Origin: Obrimoposthia wandeli
Taxonomy: Eukaryota
Direction: 5' to 3'
Length of the DNA stretch: 64,000 nt
Assembly: GCA_977020255.1 (NCBI GenBank)
Contig: CDROCS010001674.1
Location: 62,001 to 126,000 of the forward strand
Shown here: positions 33,318-41,926 of the stretch, piece after piece
Numbering within the stretch: position 1 is the stretch's first letter
How the letters are laid out: the number at the start of each line of letters is the position of its first letter
Notes under the pieces: generated by a model
The model's input: only the letters and a program-made list of their open reading frames with translations
What the model was told of the DNA's origin: nothing
The model's database searches: none
Position numbers and translations under genes: made by a program

Positions 33318-35471
33318 ATGAAAAAGCTTCTTTACGTATTATTAGCCATTGTACTAGTTATAGTGGTTGGCATCGGTGCCTTGCTTACATTGGTCGATCC
33401 CAACCAATTTAAACCTTTACTCAGTGAGCAAGTCAAAAAGGCCACTGGGCGAGACTTAGTGATTAATGGCGATATTAGTTGGCGGTTTTTCCCTAGCATT
33501 GGTTTTAGCTTAGGTGAAACGGAGTTTAAGAACCCCCAGGGTTTTGCTGAAGCTGATTTAGTGAAACTGGGCAGTGCAGAACTTTCTGTGTCGGTGATGC
33601 CTCTTTTCTCTCAGCATCTTGAAATTGGTAATATCAGTTTAAATGATGCGCGTGTATTTATTCAAACACGTAAAGATGGTGTCAGTAATCTAGATGATCT
33701 AGGTGAACAAGCTGTTGTTGAAAGCACAGTTACTGAAGATACGAATGGTACGAGTAGCGAACCTGCAACTGAGCAGCCGCCAGCAGAAGATCAATCTACG
33801 CAACCATGGACAATTAGCTTAGCTGGTGTTGAAGTTGTGAATGCTAGTGCTGAAGTACGTGATGATAAAGCCGGTACCGCCATAACAATTGATAGCTTGA
33901 ACTTCAAGCTTGATACATTCTCGCCAGGTGAATGGACTCAAGCTAGCTTTGATATTACGGGCAAGAATGCAGGGCTTAGCTTTACCGCTAAGGGCGATAG
34001 CCAGTTGTTGATTGCGACTGATTATAAAGGCGGTGAATTTAAAGCATTAAATCTAACCGCGTCTGCAAAAGACAATGTTAATGATATTGAATCACTCGTG
34101 CTGGGGGTTGATCACTTTAAAGTCGGCGATTGGGCTAATATAACGTTTGCTGCAAAAGGTCAAACACCTGATCTTGCCTTTAATGCAAATGGCGCAACAC
34201 GTTTTAAAATAAGCACTGATTACAATATTGCTGAACTTGATAAGCTGACACTATCTTCCGATCTTAAAGGCAGCACGTTACCGCGTCCTGAAATGAAAGT
34301 CGGGTTAAATGCTGATGCAACTTATGATGTCGCAAAAGGTTTAGCGACGTTAAGTCGTTTTGAAACATCGATCGATGAGCTAGCTTTAAACGGTAAAGGC
34401 TCGTTTAAGAGTGCTGCTATCCCTGTTATTCGTTTCGATGTTAATAGTGACAATATCGATCTGGATGCATTCTTAGGCACTGCGTCATCAGCTAAAAATA
34501 AAGAGAATGCCAAAGATGAAATCGGCTCAGCGCCTTCTTCTGGTGGTGAAACGTCAACAGTTAGCAAAAGTGAAGAGCCTGATTTATCGGCCCTAAAAAC
34601 GTTGGATATCGCTGGTACTGTTGCTATCGGAAAATTGAAAGCGGCGAATGCGACTGTGTCTGATGTGCAAGTTGATATGAAGGTACAAAAAGGTGTACTG
34701 AACCTTAAGCGCTTCAATGCCAAGCTATACGGCGGTACTGTTAGTGCTAATGCTACCGTCGATGCAAATGGTAAGTTACCGAAATATCAGGTAACAAAGC
34801 ATATCAAAGGTGTTGATGTACACGCTTTACTCAAAGACGTTGCACAAAACGAAACGCTGGCAGGTACGGGTAATATCGATGTAAAACTGTCGGGTACAGG
34901 GCTGGCTGAAAAGCGTATTCGTGAAAATGTTGTTGGTAGCATTGCGATAAACTTTGCTGATGGTGCAATCTACGGCGTGAATATTCCTGAGATGATTCGT
35001 GAAGCAAAAGCGACATTGAAAGGCAAAAAATCAGATTATAAGAAAGAAGAAAAAAAGACTGATTTCTCTGCTTTAAAAGCCACCTTTAAAATCGGTAAAG
35101 GTGTTGCTTCCTCAACCAATATCCACCTTGCCTCACCACTGTTACGTATTGATGGTAAAGGCAATACTCATCTTGTGAGCGAGCGTCTTGATTTCATCAT
35201 TAACACGTCTGTGGTCGCGAGCAGTAAAGGACAGGGCGGTAAAGAAATTGATGATATTGCTGATTTGACTGTGCCCGTCAATGTAAAAGGTGATTGGACT
35301 AAACCCACGTTTGCACTGGATTTGAAAGAGTTGTTTAAACAAAACAATGAACTTGAAGAAAAAGCAAAGAAAGAAATTGATCGTGGTTTAGAAAAGTTAC
35401 TGGGTGATAAAAGCAAAGACGACAATATCAAAAAAGCGGCTGATAAGTTATTAAAAGGCTTATTTAACTAA
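33318..35471 (+). CDS. asmA: AsmA family protein
   Basis: N-terminal TM, DPNQFKPLL...TGRDLVINGDISW, C-terminal SPLLRIDGKG; udk-dcd-asmA order. Confidence 0.92.
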   Translation: MKKLLYVLLAIVLVIVVGIGALLTLVDPNQFKPLLSEQVKKATGRDLVINGDISWRFFPSIGFSLGETEFKNPQGFAEADLVKLGSAELSVSVMPLFSQHLEIGNISLNDARVFIQTRKDGVSNLDDLGEQAVVESTVTEDTNGTSSEPATEQPPAEDQSTQPWTISLAGVEVVNASAEVRDDKAGTAITIDSLNFKLDTFSPGEWTQASFDITGKNAGLSFTAKGDSQLLIATDYKGGEFKALNLTASAKDNVNDIESLVLGVDHFKVGDWANITFAAKGQTPDLAFNANGATRFKISTDYNIAELDKLTLSSDLKGSTLPRPEMKVGLNADATYDVAKGLATLSRFETSIDELALNGKGSFKSAAIPVIRFDVNSDNIDLDAFLGTASSAKNKENAKDEIGSAPSSGGETSTVSKSEEPDLSALKTLDIAGTVAIGKLKAANATVSDVQVDMKVQKGVLNLKRFNAKLYGGTVSANATVDANGKLPKYQVTKHIKGVDVHALLKDVAQNETLAGTGNIDVKLSGTGLAEKRIRENVVGSIAINFADGAIYGVNIPEMIREAKATLKGKKSDYKKEEKKTDFSALKATFKIGKGVASSTNIHLASPLLRIDGKGNTHLVSERLDFIINTSVVASSKGQGGKEIDDIADLTVPVNVKGDWTKPTFALDLKELFKQNNELEEKAKKEIDRGLEKLLGDKSKDDNIKKAADKLLKGLFN

Positions 35472-35490
35472 GCAATGACGCACTTTGAGT

Positions 35491-35522
35491 AAAAAGGCTT
35501 GCCATTATTGGCAAGCCTTTTC
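35491..35522 (+). terminator. Terminator of asmA
   Basis: AAAAAGGCTTGCCA-TTAT-TGGCAAGCCTTTTT. Confidence 0.85.
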
Positions 35523-35567
35523 TATTTTAGATACATAATAAAATTATGATTAAGTAGTAAAAAGAGT

Positions 35568-36530
35568 ATGGAATACGATAAAAAAGAAGTGAAAAACACC
35601 GCCACGAATCGATTTATTTCGATGTGTAGATTTGCAGCTGAGAAGGCAAAAGCGTTTCCTCCTATCGCTCACCTGTTACGTGCTGCTGATCGGTTTAATG
35701 ATCGTCTAGGCAGTCAATTTGGTGCCGCGATTACTTATTTTTCTTTTTTATCTCTTATTCCCATTTTAATGGTGCTCTTTGCTGCCGCTGGCTTTGTCTT
35801 AGCCTCAAACTCCGAACTATTAACGGGGCTGATCGATAAAATTGTAACCGGTGTAACAGATCCAAGCCTTGCAAAAACCCTTGAAAATACTGTGAATACC
35901 GCGATAAACCAACGTACTACTGTTGGCTTGAGTGGTTTAGCAATTGCGTTGTATTCCGGTATTAGTTGGATGGGCAATTTGCGTGAAGCCATTCGAGCGC
36001 AAACCCGTGATGTGTGGGAGCGAAAACCAGAAGATAAAGATCACCTGTTTCTACAATATGGGAAAGACTTTATAGCGCTTACGGGCTTGGTTGCAGCGCT
36101 TATCATTACTGTCGCGTTAACATCAGTAGCGGGCTCGGCGCAGAAAACGATCGTTGAGGCGCTGGGTTTAGGCGGTATTACGTGGCTCCGTCCAGCACTA
36201 ACAATGATTGCACTCACTATTTCAATTACTGCGAACTATCTGATGTTTTTATGGATTTTCTGGATGCTACCAAAGGAAAAGTTAGAAACGCGAGCTTTAT
36301 TACAAGGCACGTTATTGGCAGCTATTGGTTTTGAGATTATCAAATTTGCGATGACGATTATATTACCAAGCCTCGCGAAATCACCATCAGGTGCTGCTTT
36401 TGGTTCAATTATCGGCCTAATGGCATTCTTCTATTTCTATGCCCGCTTAACCTTATTTTGTGCCGCGTGGATTGCTACAGCGACCCCTAAGGCTGTTATT
36501 AACATCGCTGATGACGGTGTGAAATCGTAG
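35568..36530 (+). CDS. yhjD: Inner membrane protein YhjD (YihY/BrkB family)
   Basis: RFNDRLGSQFGAAITYFSFLS, WMGNLREAIRAQ, SPSGAAFGSIIGLMAFFYFYARLTLFCAAWIATA. Confidence 0.85.
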   Translation: MEYDKKEVKNTATNRFISMCRFAAEKAKAFPPIAHLLRAADRFNDRLGSQFGAAITYFSFLSLIPILMVLFAAAGFVLASNSELLTGLIDKIVTGVTDPSLAKTLENTVNTAINQRTTVGLSGLAIALYSGISWMGNLREAIRAQTRDVWERKPEDKDHLFLQYGKDFIALTGLVAALIITVALTSVAGSAQKTIVEALGLGGITWLRPALTMIALTISITANYLMFLWIFWMLPKEKLETRALLQGTLLAAIGFEIIKFAMTIILPSLAKSPSGAAFGSIIGLMAFFYFYARLTLFCAAWIATATPKAVINIADDGVKS

Positions 36531-36548
36531 AAGTGCCCTCGTGTTAGT

Positions 36549-36589
36549 ACAAGAAAGGTGTGGCGGATATCTAGCCATACCTTTCTTGT
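36549..36589. terminator. Bidirectional hairpin between yhjD and the CBS gene
   Basis: ACAAGAAAGGTGTGGC...GCCATACCTTTCTTGT. Confidence 0.7.
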
Positions 36590-36611
36590 TTCTACTTTCT
36601 AATCGACATCA

Positions 36612-37070
36612 TTAAGCCTGCGCTTTTTTGTTCTTATTTTTATACGTCTTCTGTGACTCTAACGTATCTTGGAAAGCACTTAATAAATCAACGGCAGATA
36701 GCATTCCTACTAATTGTCCCGTTTTATCTAACACAGGGGCAGCGCTAATGTTGTGATTAAGAATTGTACCGACGGCTTTGGTTAATGTGTCATACGTTCT
36801 AACATGGATGATATCTTTAACCATAACATCACCCACGTTTAGGTCATCTGTTAAGTCATATTCATGGCCGATATCCGGCGACTCATCAACCCATCCGGGG
36901 CGCCGTAATTCTCGGTCGCTGATAAAACCAATTAATTCACCATCAATATTGGTAACTGGTAAGTGACGAATTGCATTATCTCGCATTAAAAAAAATGCTT
37001 CACGTAACCCTGTATCAGGTTGGATAGTGACAACTTTTCTCGTCATATATTCAGATACTTTTGTTGGCAT
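36612..37070 (-). CDS. Stand-alone CBS-pair protein (AcuB-like)
   Basis: KVSEYMTRKV, IRHLPV, GFISDREL, VGDVMVKD, APVLD...GMLSAVDLL; AAGGA SD. Confidence 0.85.
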   Translation of the reverse strand: MPTKVSEYMTRKVVTIQPDTGLREAFFLMRDNAIRHLPVTNIDGELIGFISDRELRRPGWVDESPDIGHEYDLTDDLNVGDVMVKDIIHVRTYDTLTKAVGTILNHNISAAPVLDKTGQLVGMLSAVDLLSAFQDTLESQKTYKNKNKKAQA

Positions 37071-37275
37071 TAGCGTTTCCTTTTAGGTTGTGGGTATCCT
37101 TATCTAAGCTAGCGAAATCAACGGTATTAAATTGCGATCGATAACGCATATTGTTGGTAAAGTAAGCATATGGCTAACCTTCACTTTTTAAGTCTTTGAT
37201 TCAAAAGTGAAGGTGTAAAATGAGGGAAGCCTTTTTTATGTAACAAAATTAGTGCCCGTCAATGTGAAAGGTGCC

Positions 37276-37599
37276 TTAAAGACTATTACTCTTTTTAAAC
37301 GGCATTAAGCTTTTAATTTTAGGTGCATGATTTAATTTAATATCAAGTCTAGGCTCAACAATTACTGGGCGTAGAAAATGGTAAGTGATAAATGCAATAG
37401 CAGTAGCAAGGGCAGCATTTACACCAAGTAATATTAGGAGTGAAGTGAAAACAATAATACAAATAGCACCATATGAAATAATCTGTATTTCACTATGGTT
37501 CAAATTTGCATCGCAATGCGCGCATCTGAAATTTTTCTCAATATCTTTCAGTGCTGGTACATCAAGGTGTTTATTACAACATGGGCACTGTTTAGCCAT
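37276..37599 (-). CDS. Hypothetical Zn-ribbon (CxxC-x17-CxxC) two-TM membrane protein
   Basis: CPCC and CAHC followed by a hydrophobic stretch; AGAGGA SD. Confidence 0.7.
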   Translation of the reverse strand: MAKQCPCCNKHLDVPALKDIEKNFRCAHCDANLNHSEIQIISYGAICIIVFTSLLILLGVNAALATAIAFITYHFLRPVIVEPRLDIKLNHAPKIKSLMPFKKSNSL

Positions 37600-37877
37600 A
37601 GGTTGATATCCTCTTATAATTCAAATTCCTTTGGATCAAACGACAACAATTAAAGAGTAATTAAGTTGCGATTAAATAAGAATAGTCGTTAGCTTTAAAT
37701 TTGTAAGCGATTCGCGCTGAAATGTTAAGTTGATGTTGCTGTTATTTAATTTTCCAATCAAAACTATGACTTTCTATTTACTTTTCAGTCGTTATTATAG
37801 ATGTCTTCAGTTCGTGCCTTTATAAGGCATCTTTTTGCAATGTGATTGCAATATGCTTAGAAAAAAGGAGAAGGTGG

Positions 37878-38918
37878 TTGGATTCAGTTACACAAGCTGC
37901 GTTAGGTGCTGTGGTTGCAGCTGTTGTTGCCGGGAAAAAAAGTTCCCCCCAAATATTACTGGCAGGTGCTGCATTAGGTACGATTCCTGATCTCGATGTG
38001 CTTATTGGCTATGGTGATCCTGTTTTAGATCTGGTGAAACACCGTGGTTTTAGTCACTCATTGTTTATCTTGCTACCGTTTTCTTGGTTGTTAGCACAAG
38101 GCTGGCAGCAGTGGCGTCCTTCTCGTTTTTCTTTTACTCAGCTTTGGCTGCTTATTGCGGCTTGTCTTATCACGCATCCGTTACTTGATGCGTTTACCTC
38201 TTATGGCACTCAGCTGTTCTGGCCGTTAGATATTAGTGTGGCGGTATCAAGTATCTTCATTATCGATCCACTTTATACCATACCCTTGCTTGTGGTGATT
38301 TTTGCTAGCCTTTTTTGGCGAGAGAAGATGGCAAAGCTGTGTGGAATAGGGCTAGCTATCTCGACAGTGTATTTAGCGTGGTCAGTGATTGCTTTGCAAC
38401 TTATCGAGTCGAGAGTTGAAGGGGATTTAGCGGGTACACCACTTGAAAATAAACCGGTGTTTATTGCCCCAACTCCGGTAAATACTGTGCTGTGGCGTGT
38501 CGTTGTATTAGATGGTGATACGTATTGGGAAGGGTTAACGTCGTTATTAGATAATGATAAGACGATTGATTTTATTGCCAAGCCCCGTGGTGAGTGGTTG
38601 TTGAATGAAAAGTCTGAACGTTTACTTATGCTAGAAAAGTTCAGCGATCAATTTGTTCGTTATCAAAAAATTGACGGCAAATTAATCGTGACGGATTTAC
38701 GTTTAGGCATGGCTGAATACCTACCGTTTAGTTTTGCTTTTGCTCAGGAAAGTAATAATGATGAATGGAAAATGTTATCGCCTGAAAAAGTGGAAGAGAA
38801 ACGAGTAAGACCCAAACATTTACCCGCATTATGGTTGCGCTTATTAGGGAATCAAAATATTAATGCAAACTTATGTCATATTAAAGAATGCTCTGATGAC
38901 ATGAATCGCTTGCTATAA
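37878..38918 (+). CDS. Membrane-bound metal-dependent hydrolase (YbcI/YdjM-like)
   Basis: DSVTQAALGA, PDLDV, HRGFSHS, THPLLDAFTSYG; TTG start behind GGAG. Confidence 0.85.
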   Translation: MDSVTQAALGAVVAAVVAGKKSSPQILLAGAALGTIPDLDVLIGYGDPVLDLVKHRGFSHSLFILLPFSWLLAQGWQQWRPSRFSFTQLWLLIAACLITHPLLDAFTSYGTQLFWPLDISVAVSSIFIIDPLYTIPLLVVIFASLFWREKMAKLCGIGLAISTVYLAWSVIALQLIESRVEGDLAGTPLENKPVFIAPTPVNTVLWRVVVLDGDTYWEGLTSLLDNDKTIDFIAKPRGEWLLNEKSERLLMLEKFSDQFVRYQKIDGKLIVTDLRLGMAEYLPFSFAFAQESNNDEWKMLSPEKVEEKRVRPKHLPALWLRLLGNQNINANLCHIKECSDDMNRLL

Positions 38919-38940
38919 TGCGTGTTTTTCATTCAAAATC

Positions 38941-38976
38941 AAAAGCTAATACGGTGATAAAGCGGTATTAGCTTTT
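38941..38976 (+). terminator. Probable terminator after the hydrolase gene
   Basis: AAAAGCTAATAC-12 nt-GTATTAGCTTTT. Confidence 0.6.
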
Positions 38977-39176
38977 ATATTTGATATTAAGTCTGTTTCT
39001 TATTGTTAGTAATGTTTTTTATGTTCCACGCAAATCACGCCGCTCTAAATGTTGCATATAATCGTATATTTGGTGAATTGTTACAAAAAGTATTGTAGCG
39101 TTTCTATTTTTATAGGACGTTGTTTCTAAGAGTGGGCTCACACATTACTTTCCTAATAAATGATTTTTTTAATAAA

Positions 39177-39190
39177 TTGATTTCTATCAA
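39177..39190. promoter_or_regulatory. FNR box upstream of the Dcu transporter
   Basis: Perfect TTGAT-TTCT-ATCAA about 90 bp upstream of the ATG. Confidence 0.8.
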
Positions 39191-39281
39191 TAGTGAAGCA
39201 CTATGCAGCTGCCAAAATGTCCCTATAGTATTAATGATCTTGTGTTGAGATCGCATTTTTCGATATATGGAGATAACGAGT

Positions 39282-40607
39282 ATGCTGTATTTGGAATTTT
39301 TATTCCTACTTCTCGTCTTATATGCTGGTAGCCGTTTTGGTGGCATTGGTTTAGGCGTTGTTTCGGGTTTAGGTTTGTTGGTTGAAGTATTCATCTTTAG
39401 AATGCCACCTACCTCGCCACCAATCACGGTAATGTTAATTATTCTTGCTGTAGTTACTTGTGCTTCTATTCTAGAAGCGGCCGGTGGCTTAAAGTATATG
39501 TTACAAATTGCCGAACGCATTTTACGTAGTAACCCTAAGCGTGTGACCATCCTCGGTCCGCTTGTCACTTATACCATGACTTTTATGCTGGGTACTGGTC
39601 ATGCGGTTTACTCGATCATGCCGATTATTGGTGATGTGGCACTGAAGAACGGCATTCGACCAGAGCGTCCAATGGCGGCGTCATCTGTTGCATCACAGCT
39701 CGCAATTACGGCAAGTCCAATTTCTGCTGCGGTTGTGTACTATTTAGCCGTGCTATCTGGCCTTGATGAAAGTATCCACCTGTTAACGATTTTAATGGTA
39801 ACTGTGCCTTCAACGTTATTGGGTACCATTTTATTATCTCTATATAGTTTACGCCGTGGTAAAGAGCTAAAGGATGATCCTGAATATCAGCGTCGTCTAC
39901 AAGATCCATTATGGCGTGAGAAAATTCTTCATACGACCTCAACATCTCTTGATGAAAAGCTGCCATCGTCCTCAAAACATGCGGTCCTGCTATTTATTTT
40001 AGCATTGGCTACAATTGTGGTTGTGGCGATGGTGCCAGAAATTCGCACGATAGGAGAGGGTACTAAACCTATTTCAATGTCATTGATTATTCAGATGATG
40101 ATGCTAGGGTTTGGTGGCTTAATCCTGCTTGTTACACGTACCAACGTACAGAAAGTACCTGAAGGTGTAGTATTTAAATCGGGCATGGTGGCGGCTATTG
40201 CCATCTTCGGTATTGCATGGATGAGTGATACTTACTTCCAGTATGCAATGCCATCGTTTAAATCGGGTATTACAGAGATGGTACAAGGGTATCCTTGGAC
40301 CTTTGCACTAGCACTATTCATTGTCTCTGTTGTAGTGAATAGCCAAGCAGCAACGGCACGTATGATGTTGCCTGTTGGTGTTGCTATGGGGCTTAACCCT
40401 GCGTTGTTAATTGGTTTAATGCCTGCAACTTACGGTTATTTCTTTATTCCAAATTACCCGTCAGATATCGCAACGTGTAACTTTGATGTCACAGGTACAA
40501 CAAAGATAGGTAAGTACTACTTTAACCACAGCTTTATGATGCCAGGCCTTATTGGTGTGGTATCAGCGTGTATTATTGGCTATACCATTGCACAAATTGT
40601 TGTATAG
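39282..40607 (+). CDS. dcuB: Anaerobic C4-dicarboxylate transporter (DcuA/DcuB family, closer to DcuB)
   Basis: GSRFGGIGLG, GTGHAVY, IRPERPMAASS, PNYPSDIA, FNHSFMMPG; start ATG 39282 behind GGAG. Confidence 0.85.
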   Translation: MLYLEFLFLLLVLYAGSRFGGIGLGVVSGLGLLVEVFIFRMPPTSPPITVMLIILAVVTCASILEAAGGLKYMLQIAERILRSNPKRVTILGPLVTYTMTFMLGTGHAVYSIMPIIGDVALKNGIRPERPMAASSVASQLAITASPISAAVVYYLAVLSGLDESIHLLTILMVTVPSTLLGTILLSLYSLRRGKELKDDPEYQRRLQDPLWREKILHTTSTSLDEKLPSSSKHAVLLFILALATIVVVAMVPEIRTIGEGTKPISMSLIIQMMMLGFGGLILLVTRTNVQKVPEGVVFKSGMVAAIAIFGIAWMSDTYFQYAMPSFKSGITEMVQGYPWTFALALFIVSVVVNSQAATARMMLPVGVAMGLNPALLIGLMPATYGYFFIPNYPSDIATCNFDVTGTTKIGKYYFNHSFMMPGLIGVVSACIIGYTIAQIVV

Positions 40608-40640
40608 CTTTATTAATATATAACGTTGTTCTATGAATAG

Positions 40641-40665
40641 AAAAGGGAGCGATTGCTCCCTTTTT
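40641..40665. terminator. Bidirectional terminator between dcuB and psiE
   Basis: AAAAGGGAGC-GATT-GCTCCCTTTTT. Confidence 0.85.
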
Positions 40666-40677
40666 GTTTATGAATCG

Positions 40678-41112
40678 TTAGTCATCAGATTGTTTCTTTA
40701 ATGGATCGGTTACTGCTTCATAAGGCCAATAATGATGACCAATACGGATCAGTAACGTGGCAGCTGCAAGAATAAAGGCGGCGAGTGCTAGCCATACTAC
40801 TAAAACCCCATCTAACTCTTTCATACCTAACGTTATATAGCGTGCAATAGCCATTATCGCAATGTAGATAGGGTAGCGTACCGGAATTTTACCGTGGGCG
40901 ACAAATTGCTGCACCATGGCTAATACTTCCAGATAAATGAACATTAATAAAATGTCGGTCAGCTGGATGTCTCTTTGGGTAATAACGTGAATAAACTCAT
41001 TAACCATGGCGAACAAGGTAGCTAAAGTGATGGCAACTAGCAGGATCGCTTCAAGAATGTGAAATATTTTGAGAAAAGGTTTACTAAAGCTCTTTGGTAA
41101 CTGGGAAGGCAT
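40678..41112 (-). CDS. psiE: PsiE-family membrane protein
   Basis: DILLMFIYLEVLAMV, IPVRYPIYIAIMAIARY. Confidence 0.8.
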   Translation of the reverse strand: MPSQLPKSFSKPFLKIFHILEAILLVAITLATLFAMVNEFIHVITQRDIQLTDILLMFIYLEVLAMVQQFVAHGKIPVRYPIYIAIMAIARYITLGMKELDGVLVVWLALAAFILAAATLLIRIGHHYWPYEAVTDPLKKQSDD

Positions 41113-41284
41113 AAATTCTCCGGAGACAATGTACTAACCGCTTTTTACGGTTTTTAGGAATAATAAGTCGAGATTATAAGAATAGGAAAGAGATAGAGAA
41201 AGAAAATAATTATTTTAAATCTAAATAAAAGAGGCAACACATTGGTGTTACCGCTTTAATCTGGAAATTAACGTTACTGCTTAA

Positions 41285-41890
41285 TTACCAGTCAACACCT
41301 TTACGTGCTTTAACACCGCTTTCAAAGGCATGCTTTACGCTTTTTACTTCTGATACTGTATCTGCCATTTCAATTAATGTACGGTGCGCTGCTCGACCTG
41401 TAATGATAACCGACTGCATATTTGGACGGTTGTTAATGGCTTCTACAACCTCTTCTAACTCCACATAGCCGTAAGTCACCATATAGGTCATCTCGTCGAG
41501 TAGAACAACGTCATAGCTATCATCAGCGAGCATTGCTTTACATTCTGCCCACGTTTTTTGAGCGGCAGCTTTATCTGTTTCTTTATTCTGTGTTTCCCAA
41601 GTAAACCCGGTTGCCATTACAGAAAAGTGTACGCCGTGTTGTTCGAGTAGGTTGCGCTCGCCACAGTCCCAAGTGCCTTTAATGAATTGCCCAACACCAC
41701 ATTTAAAACCATGGCCCACAGCACGGGCAATCGTACCAAAACCTGAGGTTGATTTGCCTTTACCGTTACCCGTAATAATGAGGAAAAGCCCTTTTTCTTC
41801 TTGAGCGGCTTCAACACGAGCATCGATATCAGCTTTTACTTTCTCTTGGCGTGATTTATAGCGTTCGTCCTTGTTGGTTTGATCAACCAT
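41285..41890 (-). CDS. cobO: Cob(I)yrinic acid a,c-diamide adenosyltransferase (CobO/BtuR)
   Basis: TGNGKGKSTSGFG, QFIKGTW, VLLDE, ITGR, KHAFESGVKARKGVDW. Confidence 0.95.
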   Translation of the reverse strand: MVDQTNKDERYKSRQEKVKADIDARVEAAQEEKGLFLIITGNGKGKSTSGFGTIARAVGHGFKCGVGQFIKGTWDCGERNLLEQHGVHFSVMATGFTWETQNKETDKAAAQKTWAECKAMLADDSYDVVLLDEMTYMVTYGYVELEEVVEAINNRPNMQSVIITGRAAHRTLIEMADTVSEVKSVKHAFESGVKARKGVDW

Positions 41891-41926
41891 GGGTTCCCCT
41901 CTTTATTTTTTATTTATGTCTATATT

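Noticed and set aside
37825-37839. sigma54-like AGGCATCTTTTTGCA upstream of the hydrolase
   Set aside because: GG-to-GC spacing is one base short of the strict sigma54 requirement.
37600-37877. LexA box upstream of the YdjM-like hydrolase (also sought upstream of ftsK)
   Set aside because: No CTGT-N8-ACAG found by eye.
39110-39568. 152-aa ORF antisense to dcuB
   Set aside because: Overlaps a well-supported gene and its FNR promoter; no recognisable motif.
41113-41284. Pho box upstream of psiE
   Set aside because: No CTGTCAT-like 11-bp tandem repeats.
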